Part shown: positions 1 through 8,314 of the stretch, piece by piece
How the letters are laid out: each line of letters opens with the position of its first letter
Numbering within the stretch: the stretch's first letter is position 1
Source: an uncultured Acidimicrobiia bacterium
Lineage (GTDB): Bacteria > Acidobacteriota > Terriglobia > Versatilivoradales > Versatilivoraceae
Direction of reading: 5' to 3'
Length of the DNA stretch: 64,000 nucleotides
NCBI GenBank assembly: GCA_963786955.1
Contig: CAWBAT010000005.1
Span: 704,001-768,000, forward strand
The notes under the pieces: model-generated
Database searches by the model: none
Seen by the model: the letters and a program-made list of their open reading frames with translations, nothing else
Told to the model about the DNA's origin: nothing
Program-made: the position numbers and the translations under genes

Positions 1-213
1 AAAGCCCTGTACGAATCCTTGTGTGAGACAGTACATCTTAGCTTGGGGCCACGAAACTGTCCCTGCAGCAAAATACAGGATGACACTCTCTTACCTCTTC
101 ACGGACCAACACACTAGATTTGGATGTTTAGCTCGCGCCCGAGCACAAAAATTCACTAGCCACAAGGCTTCCTCGGGATCATTTCTGCTTGCATAAATCC
201 CTTTCTAGATCAG

Positions 214-290
214 GTCTTCGCGGCATTTGGCTCATGAAAGAGAAATGAGATAAAGGTGAACGGTGCCACACTCAAATAGGTTGAATCTTT
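214..290 (+). repeat. Degenerate, truncated copy of the Rhs-cassette leader repeat
   Basis: gtcttcg..ctcatgaaagagaaatgaga..tgccacactcaa..ttgaat aligns by eye with 517-597 and 3646-3718. Confidence 0.6.
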
Positions 291-490
291 ACTGTAGGTC
301 CTTTGATCAACATTTAGGGGACATCTGTCTCCCGTTAATTTCTCCTAGTTATTACTCAAGCTATTGTAAGTTGCAATCCCCTGCTGCCCAGACAGGGCGT
401 TATAGTCTCTAATCATGGCTTGGTCAACTTGTCCATGCTGGTTCACTTGCTGTTGCTCGATTCCAAGTTGTCGGCGCCGTTGGAGCGCGC

Positions 491-712
491 GTGGCGAAGA
501 CATGCGCTCTTTGCATGTCTTCGAATCAGTTGACTCATGAAAGAGAAATGTGGGAAAAGAAGAATCGGGCATTGCCGCTCTTAAAAGTTTGAATTCTCGC
601 CTTTCCTTAAAGCTTGGCATCTATCCTACTAAATAGAATAGTCTGTCATTCATTCCAATTCGCTCTTCCTTTTTCTTGTCGCAGAGAAAGGCGTAACCGG
701 CAATCAGCCGCT
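491..712 (+). repeat. Rhs-cassette leader repeat copy 1 (GTGG-tagged hairpin plus ~190 bp conserved non-coding DNA)
   Basis: GTGG then a perfect 11-bp stem CGAAGACATGC(495-505)/GCATGTCTTCG(513-523); the rest aligns with 1219-1429, 3620-3830 and 4949-5159. Confidence 0.85.
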
Positions 713-1165
713 GCCACTCAAGACAATGGGCAGATTACCGAATTTATCGATTCGGTTGCCGGGCAGACAGTCGATTACACCTACGACAGTTTGAATCGTT
801 TGATAGCGGCCAGCACGACCGGGTCCCAGTGGGGTTTGAGCTTCAGCTATGACGGATTTGGAAACCGTTTGAGCCAAACGGTAACGAAGGGATCTGCTCC
901 GGCTAGCTCGCTCGCGATTAATCCAGCTACCAACCGGATCAGCTCGACCGGCTACGGGTACGATGCGAATGGCAACTTGACGACCATGCCGAGTGGCACT
1001 TCAAGCCTCACGCTCAGTTATGATGTGGAGAATCGGCTGGCACAGGCCAGTACCACATCAATGACCAATCGTTTCGGATATGATCTGGACAATCGTCAGG
1101 TCTATACCAACACAACTGGTTCGACAGTTGAATCCATTATCTTTTACGGAGCCTTTGGGGAACGG
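713..1165 (+). pseudogene. Orphan Rhs/YD-repeat core fragment, truncated at both ends
   Basis: ATQDNGQI..YTYDSLNRL..FSYDGFGNRL..YDANGNL..YDVENRL; ends at YGAFGER where GGGGTCAC begins; the annotated TTG start at 614 lies inside the non-coding repeat. Confidence 0.85.
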
Positions 1166-1620
1166 GACTGGGGTCACATCTTTCCTTTTTCCAAAAACGA
1201 GCGTGGAAGGGGCCGCGGGTGGCGAAGACATGCGCCCTTTGCATTTCTTCGAAGAAGCTGCATCATAAAAGAGGAATGAGAGAACAGAAAAAGCTGCCCC
1301 ACTAAAGAGATTGAAATCTCGCCTTAAAGCATGGCATCTATCCTAATTAATTGAATACTCTGTCATTCATTCCATTTCGCTTTTTCTTATGCTTGTCTCT
1401 GAGAATGGCATAACCGGCCATCATCTGTTGCCACTCAAAACAACGGGCAGATCAGCCTGACGATTGACTCGGTATCAGGAGAGACTATTGATTACACCTA
1501 CGACAGCCTGAACCGGCTGATCACGAGCGCTACCCAGGGACCGCAGTGGGGCCTATCATTCAGCTATGATGGATTCGGGAACCGCTTGAGTCAGACGGTG
1601 ACGAAGGGATCCGGGCCGAG
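812..1620 (+). repeat. 809-bp near-identical direct repeat, copy A (copy B at 4542-5350)
   Basis: Line-by-line identity at offset 3730; only 2 mismatches seen (853, 856). Confidence 0.95.
1219..1429 (+). repeat. Rhs-cassette leader repeat copy 2
   Basis: GTGGCGAAGACATGC..GCATTTCTTCG hairpin plus conserved body, joining the Rhs frame at gcc act caa aac (1430). Confidence 0.85.
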
Positions 1621-2854
1621 TAATAGTTTGATCGTCAACGCGGCCACGAATCGAATCGCTTCGTCCTATTATAGCTACGATTCCAATGGGAATCTTGTCA
1701 CCATGCCTTACGGGACCGGCTATACAACGCTGAGCTACGACATCGAGAATCGGCTGATCCAGGCCACAAATACAAACGGGACAGAAACATATGCTTACGG
1801 GCCGGATAACCGGAGGGTGTATCAGAAGATGGCCAGTGGGACGGAATTGGTGTTCTTTTACGGGGTCAATGGGGATCGATTGAGGACGTATCAGCTTCAG
1901 TGGATGAACGGCTTTTCTGTGACGAACACGAACATCTATTTTGCCGGAAGATTGATCTCTGCGAACAACGGACCCATCCGCCTTGACCGATTAGGCTCAG
2001 TTCGAAACTGGTCGCGCTACTACCCGTTTGGAGAAGAGCAAGGGTCTGGGTATATTCCAGAAAAGTTCGCCACCTACTACCGCGACACCTCGACCAGTCT
2101 CGACTACGCCATGAACCGGTACTACGGAAGCACCATGGGACGGTTCACGACGCCCGATCCGTATGGCGGAAGTGCTAATCTAGAGAATCCTCAGAGTTGG
2201 AATCGGTATGCGTATGTCAACAATGATCCAGTCAATAACAACGACCCTACAGGGCTCTTTCTCCCTGGAACCCCTTTTGATGATTCATTGAGTTATTTCG
2301 AGTTGTGGTGGGTATATAACAACCCTATGAGTCGCCAATTTGCATTTCCCGGAGGCGGATCTCAGCCACCTCCACGTCTTTTCAAAGATCTTCTTGTATA
2401 TGGTGCTGCCAACTTAATTTACAAGAAAAAATGTGGAGACTTCTTGGTGAGCGTAGGGCAGAAGGCCTTTTTGGATGTAGTCGGCAAGTCGAGTGTTAAT
2501 GAATTAAATTCTGCCGAGCGAACATACTATGATGCCATCACTACGACCAACCTCAAGGGACGGCTTCAGGGTGCGTCATTCTATGATAAGCATCGCCCAG
2601 AAGAGGATCAGTATAAGAACATCGTTCGTGCTCGCTCTGACTACGGTATCGATGGAACCGGTCAGTCTATATCTTTCTTCGACGCGTTCATTGGACAAAG
2701 TACCACAGAACAGTCCCAAATAGTAGTACATGAGAGTATGCATTTGATCAACGCCGTAAGCGACTCCAATCTAGCAAGGGGCGCCGGCGTCTATAAGGGG
2801 GATAAAAGTGCATCGGAAGATTTTCAAACAGAACTTAAAAAGCATTGCAAATAA
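1430..2854 (+). CDS. Orphan Rhs core plus C-terminal toxin tip with HExxH (putative zinc metallopeptidase); lacks its N-terminus
   Basis: Frame open from ATQNNGQI at 1430, first start codon TTG 1586; YD repeats, RYY..GRF..PDP and NRYAYVNNDPVNNNDPTGL core end; ~198-aa tip with HESMH at 2729-2743. Confidence 0.85.
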   Translation, partial: ATQNNGQISLTIDSVSGETIDYTYDSLNRLITSATQGPQWGLSFSYDGFGNRLSQTVTKGSGPSNSLIVNAATNRIASSYYSYDSNGNLVTMPYGTGYTTLSYDIENRLIQATNTNGTETYAYGPDNRRVYQKMASGTELVFFYGVNGDRLRTYQLQWMNGFSVTNTNIYFAGRLISANNGPIRLDRLGSVRNWSRYYPFGEEQGSGYIPEKFATYYRDTSTSLDYAMNRYYGSTMGRFTTPDPYGGSANLENPQSWNRYAYVNNDPVNNNDPTGLFLPGTPFDDSLSYFELWWVYNNPMSRQFAFPGGGSQPPPRLFKDLLVYGAANLIYKKKCGDFLVSVGQKAFLDVVGKSSVNELNSAERTYYDAITTTNLKGRLQGASFYDKHRPEEDQYKNIVRARSDYGIDGTGQSISFFDAFIGQSTTEQSQIVVHESMHLINAVSDSNLARGAGVYKGDKSASEDFQTELKKHCK

Positions 2855-3272
2855 ACTTTTCTTATTTTCCAGCTTCGTCATATTGGCATTCGCAGTATCC
2901 GTACAAGGTCAGGTTGAAGAACCTTTGAGGGTTTCTTACTTCATTTCACCTGAATATCCGCGTCTAGCGAGACAGGCCATGATGTCAGGCGACGTCGTGC
3001 TGACAGTGACAGTTGATGCCACAGGCACACCTAAAGATATCGTTTTCAAGGCTCCGTACCCATTGCTGGGCGAATATGCCAAGGAAGCTGTTTCCAAATG
3101 GCGATTTAATCCTGTTTCTCCTCCTTCTACACGTAAGGGATTCGTTTTCATCCACTACAGTTTTTCCGGCACGACTCGTGACTGTGACCCCAGCACAGTA
3201 GTGGCTGCCGACTTAGAAAATCTGCGGGTAATTGTAACTGTCGATCCGCGCCGTCCTTCTGACTCGGAATGA
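2808..3272 (+). CDS. Secreted TonB C-terminal-domain protein in the immunity-gene position
   Basis: Signal-like NKLFLFSSFVILAFAVSVQG; PEYPRLARQAMMSGDVVLTVTVDATG..AKEAVSKWRFNP matches the TonB_C pattern; overlaps the toxin stop; start codon uncertain. Confidence 0.75.
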   Translation: MHRKIFKQNLKSIANKLFLFSSFVILAFAVSVQGQVEEPLRVSYFISPEYPRLARQAMMSGDVVLTVTVDATGTPKDIVFKAPYPLLGEYAKEAVSKWRFNPVSPPSTRKGFVFIHYSFSGTTRDCDPSTVVAADLENLRVIVTVDPRRPSDSE

Positions 3273-3460
3273 CCGAGAGGCGTTTCCAGCATCAAGGAGA
3301 TTTCACAAGAGTCAAAAGAGATTTGAAGTCAATTTCGGGGTTAATTATTCAGCATCTTATATAGTAAAGCTCAGTGCAATCGAGCCATTTTGGAGAATTA
3401 AGGATGACAACTACTTTTATCTTATTTTTTCTGCGATTACTACTCCTTGGCGGTACCAAA

Positions 3461-3597
3461 GCGAGGTCGGACCAAGCAAGATCCTTGTTGGATGCGGAAC
3501 GGGTGTGATTTTAGAGGTATTTTTCGGCCTTAGAAATTCTTTTTTGGGTGCAAAAACGGGCTTTTAACAAAATGTCTCTGCGCGGAGCAGCATAAGC
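3461..3597 (+). repeat. 137-bp direct repeat copy A (copy B at 3881-4017), starting G(A/G)GGTCGGACC
   Basis: Clear alignment at offset 420; each copy lies just upstream of a GTRG hairpin. Confidence 0.9.
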
Positions 3598-3619
3598 TTA
3601 AGAGAGGCTCACACGGCGG

Positions 3620-3830
3620 GTAGCGAAGATATGCGTCGTTTGCATGTCTTTGAAGAAGCTGACTCATGACAGAAAAATGAGAGAACAGAAAAGGCTGCCA
3701 CACTCAAGAGATTGAATTTCCGCCGTAAAGCTTGCCATCTTCCCTAATTGATTGAATACACTGTCATTCATACCAGTTCTCTTCTCCTTATTCTTGGCTC
3801 TGAGAAAGTTAAAACGAGCAATCAGCCGCT
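3620..3830 (+). repeat. Rhs-cassette leader repeat copy 3 (GTAG-tagged)
   Basis: GTAGCGAAGATATGC..GCATGTCTTTG plus conserved body; joins gcc act caa aac aac ggg cag atc at 3831. Confidence 0.85.
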
Positions 3831-3875
3831 GCCACTCAAAACAACGGGCAGATCAGCCAATCGATTGACTCGGTG
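3831..3875 (+). pseudogene. 15-codon Rhs remnant (ATQNNGQISQSIDSV)
   Basis: Homologous to 1430-1474; cut off by the 137-bp repeat at 3881. Confidence 0.75.
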
Positions 3876-3880
3876 CACAA

Positions 3881-4017
3881 GCGGGGTCGGACCAAGCAAG
3901 ATCCTTGCTGGATGCGGAAGAGGTGTACTTTTAGAGGTATTTTTCGGCCTTAGAAGTCCTTTTTGGGCCGCTAAAACGGGCTTTTAACAAAATGTCTCTG
4001 CGCGGAGCAGCATAAGC
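3881..4017 (+). repeat. 137-bp direct repeat copy B
   Basis: Aligns with 3461-3597. Confidence 0.9.
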
Positions 4018-4018
4018 C

Positions 4019-4229
4019 GGGTGGCGAAGACATGCGTCCTTTGCATGTCTTCGAGGCAGTTGGTTCATGAAAGAGAAATGAGAGGATAGAGAATAGCACG
4101 GCACATGAAAGATATAATCTTTGCAAAAAGTTTCATGATCAATGTTCAGCGGTAGAATGTTCACCCGTTACTATTGTTTTGCTTTACCAATTGAATCGAA
4201 GACATCGCAAAACGATGTCTTCGCCACCC
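4019..4229. repeat. REPIN/BIME-like doublet: two inverted GTGG-tagged hairpins
   Basis: GGGTGGCGAAGACATGC..GCATGTCTTCG (4019-4053) and inverted CGAAGACATCG..CGATGTCTTCGCCACCC (4197-4229). Confidence 0.8.
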
Positions 4230-4250
4230 ACGAAAAGTGGGGTCGGGACG

Positions 4251-4500
4251 AACAGGTCGTTCCTGACGGAGCTAAGAAATCTTCAACGACACTCCGTTCT
4301 ATAAACAGGTCGCCGCGCTGCGGCTTCGCCTAGAATGACAACAGCCGCGGACCCACATATCGGGTCCGCGCTACGCTAGGGAAAAGCCACAGAGTCAAAA
4401 TCAGCTCTGCGATTCCCACTACGTGCTGGCTCCGTAGGAGCCTCCGGTCTATAGTAACCAGGAGCCACTGGTCTTGAAAGCTCCAGAGGAGCGGCCTGTA
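4251..4500. repeat. Composite REP-like element (2 forward and 2 inverted units) with a nested GTAG REP at ~4343-4374
   Basis: acaggtcgttcctgacggagct / ttctataaacaggtcgccgcgctgcggct / ggctccgtaggagcc..tatag / agctccagaggagcggcctgt; same layout at 62446-62636. Confidence 0.7.
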
Positions 4501-4541
4501 GGCTCAGATCCAACTTCTCAATGCATTTCCCTAAAAGCAAG

Positions 4542-4895
4542 AGCACGACCGGGTCCCAGTGGGGTTTGAGCTTCAGCTATGATGGTTTTGGAAACCGTTT
4601 GAGCCAAACGGTAACGAAGGGATCTGCTCCGGCTAGCTCGCTCGCGATTAATCCAGCTACCAACCGGATCAGCTCGACCGGCTACGGGTACGATGCGAAT
4701 GGCAACTTGACGACCATGCCGAGTGGCACTTCAAGCCTCACGCTCAGTTATGATGTGGAGAATCGGCTGGCACAGGCCAGTACCACATCAATGACCAATC
4801 GTTTCGGATATGATCTGGACAATCGTCAGGTCTATACCAACACAACTGGTTCGACAGTTGAATCCATTATCTTTTACGGAGCCTTTGGGGAACGG
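4542..4895 (+). pseudogene. Orphan Rhs core fragment (duplicate of 812-1165)
   Basis: Same translation STTGSQWGLSFSYDGFGNRL..YGAFGER. Confidence 0.85.
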
Positions 4896-4948
4896 GACTG
4901 GGGTCACATCTTTCCTTTTTCCAAAAACGAGCGTGGAAGGGGCCGCGG

Positions 4949-5159
4949 GTGGCGAAGACATGCGCCCTTTGCATTTCTTCGAAGAAGCTGCATCATAAAA
5001 GAGGAATGAGAGAACAGAAAAAGCTGCCCCACTAAAGAGATTGAAATCTCGCCTTAAAGCATGGCATCTATCCTAATTAATTGAATACTCTGTCATTCAT
5101 TCCATTTCGCTTTTTCTTATGCTTGTCTCTGAGAATGGCATAACCGGCCATCATCTGTT
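4949..5159 (+). repeat. Rhs-cassette leader repeat copy 4 (identical to copy 2)
   Basis: Part of the 809-bp duplication. Confidence 0.85.
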
Positions 5160-5430
5160 GCCACTCAAAACAACGGGCAGATCAGCCTGACGATTGACTC
5201 GGTATCAGGAGAGACTATTGATTACACCTACGACAGCCTGAACCGGCTGATCACGAGCGCTACCCAGGGACCGCAGTGGGGCCTATCATTCAGCTATGAT
5301 GGATTCGGGAACCGCTTGAGTCAGACGGTGACGAAGGGATCCGGGCCGAGCAACAGTTTGAGCGTCAACACTGCCACGAATCGAATCAAAATGAGCGGGT
5401 ATTCCTACTTTCCCAATGGAAATCTAGTTC
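5160..5430 (+). pseudogene. Orphan Rhs core fragment ending at YFPNGNLV
   Basis: ATQNNGQI..SQTVTKGSGPSNSLSVNTATNRI..NGNLV, after which Rhs similarity is lost. Confidence 0.8.
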
Positions 5431-5486
5431 CGCCAATCCCCTTCGCCAGTACTGACGATCAAGTTACCAACTTCGCCCACGCAAGA

Positions 5487-6602
5487 CTAGAAGGTCACCT
5501 GCACAAAGCGGAACAAACCTAATCCAATGAGTCCGACCGAGAGTAGACGGAAAAGCTGTTGGGAATTAGGATGCGCGCTGAGCCGCCTCAAAATGGCGAA
5601 TGTCAGAAAGCTCACTAAAGCCATCACAATCGCCAAACCCAATTGAAAAGACAGTAATGAAAGAATCATCCCTTTTCTGGGATAGCCAATGCTCCGAGCC
5701 AGATCTGAATAGCTCAGTCCATAGATAATGCCCAGAAAACCCGCAATAGCCCCTCGATATCGGATCTTCTTGATGAGCACATTTTCAGCTGCAACATAGG
5801 CGACGCTCAATGGAATTGCTGAATGGACAAATCGAACCGACAAGATTGGCCCGTGCCAGGTGTCGTAGGAGAATGCGGCCGCTTGACCCAAAAAGGACAT
5901 CGCCACGACGATCCCTAGGCCTCCCCAAGTGGGTTCTATCAAGATCAATCCCAGGAGGAAGGCCGCAGATTCGGGAGTCGAAAAGTACTCTTTGATTGAA
6001 TAAGTGCATGATCGCCATGCCAGCTTGAAGTAGCTTCTCGTTTCCCGTCGCAGTTCGACTCGGCCCTCCGGCGTCTCCAAGTTGAAATAGCGTTGCTCCT
6101 CAACACCATCGTAATGAATGCGGGCAAGGTCCCAATGCCCTGAATCAGTGAGCGAATGCAGTGTTACCCGAAAAACAACATCCTCCAAAGGTCTTTAAAT
6201 GCATAAATCAGGTGGCAACGGAGCTCCCCTTTCTGGGGGTTGAAATTCACTTCTGCCAATCCTTCCCTGTCCTCCCTCTCCACTTCCAAAGATCCGAAAC
6301 TGTTCCAATAGCTGTGGTGCAATTAACCGAATCTCGGCTAGAACTTCCTCCTCCGTGATGAGCAAGTCGTTATTGCGATCGAACTGCCGCGCAAACTTTA
6401 GTTCGCGCAAATTGAATTGAAGCCAGACTGCAATTTCCTGCTTTCCAATTTCGATCTCTGCATAACTGACACCCGTCATATGCGCAGCGGACGACAGCGT
6501 AAAGAGAGGAATCAGGAGGCAAATCCAGACGAGGAAGGCGGCCCTTCGACCCTTCAGGCTCTTGAGGAAAGCGGAGGGATGAAGATCAATCCATATCATC
6601 AC
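5487..6602 (-). CDS. HupE/UreJ-like membrane protein with an N-terminal exported domain (frameshifted near 6190-6270)
   Basis: Signal peptide then AHMTGVSYAEI; C-terminal multi-TM domain with LSVAYVAAENVL, GIIYGLSYS and FQLG aligning to HupE_UreJ_2 motifs. Confidence 0.6.
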
Positions 6603-6734
6603 TGGGAATGATAAGAACGCTTTGGATGTGGTGAAAAAACGATTTCGATTCGAGTTAAAGGGGCCGCTGTGGTCTTTCCCGATGAAGGCCGAATTGGTGA
6701 ACCCATCAGTCCAGCAGATTGGTGCCCACCAGAT

Positions 6735-7519
6735 TCACGGTTGGCTCCGATCTCGAATAGCAGCCATCATCGAGTCGTGAATCAATCCGTTACTGGCGAG
6801 AAGTTCATCTCCATAGATCGAATAGTCCCTTCCCATGGAAATCCGTAACGGTCCCGCCTGCTTCGAGCACGATCAGGAACCCAGCTGCAGAATCCCAAGG
6901 CTTCAGTTTCCGTTCCCAAAATCCATCGGTACGGCCCATCGCCAAGTAGCACAGGTCCAGCGCCGCAGATCCATCACGCCGGACTCCTTGGGCTGTTTTC
7001 ATGAAACTCGTGAAATAGCTCATGGCATCTTCGAGATTTTTGAAAAGCTCATAGGGGAAACCCGTGGAAATTAATGCCTGCCGAAGTTTGTCCACTTGAG
7101 AAACTTGAATTTTTCTGCCATTTAGATAGGCTCCATTCCCCTTTTCCGCGACAAATAGTTCTTCGCTCACAGGATTGTAGATGACCCCCACGATGAGCTG
7201 CCCGTTCTGCTCCAAAGCCACCGAAACACCAAAAAGAGGATAATCATGCGCATAGTTGGTCGTCCCATCCAGGGGATCGATAACCCATCTGAAACTCCTC
7301 GGATCGCTGTATTTCCGTGCCCTCTTCAGCAAGGATAGAATGATGCGGAAATCGCGAATTAAGCCATTCCACAATTAACTTTTCCGAGCGTTTATCGACT
7401 TGAGTCACAAGATCAATCTCAGCTTTGTACTCGATTTCTTTGGCTTTTCCGTAATATTGCCTGAGAACATCTCCTCCTATTTTGGCGGCTTCAACAGCGA
7501 CTTCAAGGTAGTCTCGCAT
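6735..7519 (-). CDS. suhB: Inositol monophosphatase family protein (frameshifted)
   Basis: DLVTQVDK, ILAEEG, WVIDPLDGTTNYAH, GSAALDLCY, KPWDSAAG, LASNGLIH across frames. Confidence 0.9.
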
Positions 7520-7793
7520 TCACTTTCCCCATCTCTTTGGACTCAATACTGAAGAGCGAAACATTACCACAATCCAAAAGCTTTTTGATGTATAATATGG
7601 TGGAGCTTGTAATAGAGGAAAAGTGGCGGAATTTTCGAGCATTCCGGATACGGGCTGTACCGTTTCTTGAATCCTTCAGGGCAGTCAATTCATCATCATT
7701 TCCTGATCCCGTACCGTCTTCAAGTTTCTCCTGGTCGAAATTGACCGTAACATTTTGATTCATTAGCAGTGTCTTCTCTTTGGAGAGACCGTA

Positions 7794-8198
7794 ATGCAAC
7801 GATTCTTCCTGAGCGTGGTGGTTTTTCTTGGGTCATGCTTGATTTTAGTCTCGTCTCCGCTCTTCATCAAGTCTGCGCCCCAGGATCAGCCATTTTCTGC
7901 AATAAGAGATCAGGCAAAAAGTCCATTCCAGAAAAAGCTCCACCAATCGGAGTCCGGTCGCCCGCAATCAGCTGTTGCCCAAGGGGGGCAAGTTGGAAAA
8001 GCCGTCCTCATCCTGGAGACGCGAGACAACCGAATCACGGTTTACTGCGGCGAGAATTCCCTGCTTTACACGGTGAGCACTGGAGGGGGTGCCATTTTGG
8101 CTGAAAGGCTCAAAGGATCGGACTTAAAAGACCGCTTCCCTGAACTCTACGACATTGTCACGGGAACGGCCTGGGCTGGTGAAATACACACGCCTTAA
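7794..8198 (+). CDS. Hypothetical exported protein
   Basis: 134-aa ORF with an N-terminal hydrophobic segment; GGAG RBS upstream. Confidence 0.6.
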   Translation: MQRFFLSVVVFLGSCLILVSSPLFIKSAPQDQPFSAIRDQAKSPFQKKLHQSESGRPQSAVAQGGQVGKAVLILETRDNRITVYCGENSLLYTVSTGGGAILAERLKGSDLKDRFPELYDIVTGTAWAGEIHTP

Positions 8199-8314
8199 TG
8201 TCGCTCAATGACGGTGGCGGAATTCTGTAAGGTTCAATCGTTTCTCTGGATTTTCAGATACCCATTCCCCGCCCTTTCATTGAAAACCATCTTAGGACCT
8301 AGTGGAGAAATTTT

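Larger units (their letters stand above)
4542..5350 (+). repeat. 809-bp direct repeat copy B
   Basis: See copy A. Confidence 0.95.

Noticed and set aside
614-712. N-terminal extension MASILLNRIVCH.. of the first Rhs ORF, and the shared C-terminal tail ..DWGHIFPF..IIKEE
   Set aside because: Both are read-through into non-coding repeats; the homologous leader frame has a stop codon in copy 2
491-5159. CRISPR array or integron attC array
   Set aside because: Hairpins are hundreds to thousands of bp apart with conserved rather than unique flanks; no cas or integrase gene; no RYYYAAC/GTTRRRY boundaries recognised
812-5430. Diversity-generating retroelement (TR/VR pair) as the explanation for the Rhs duplication
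   Set aside because: Mismatches are not adenine-specific, the repeat is 809 bp and includes non-coding DNA, and there is no reverse transcriptase in the window
7503-7799. 98-aa minus-strand ORF upstream of suhB
   Set aside because: No recognisable motif and it overlaps both neighbours; cannot be supported as a gene
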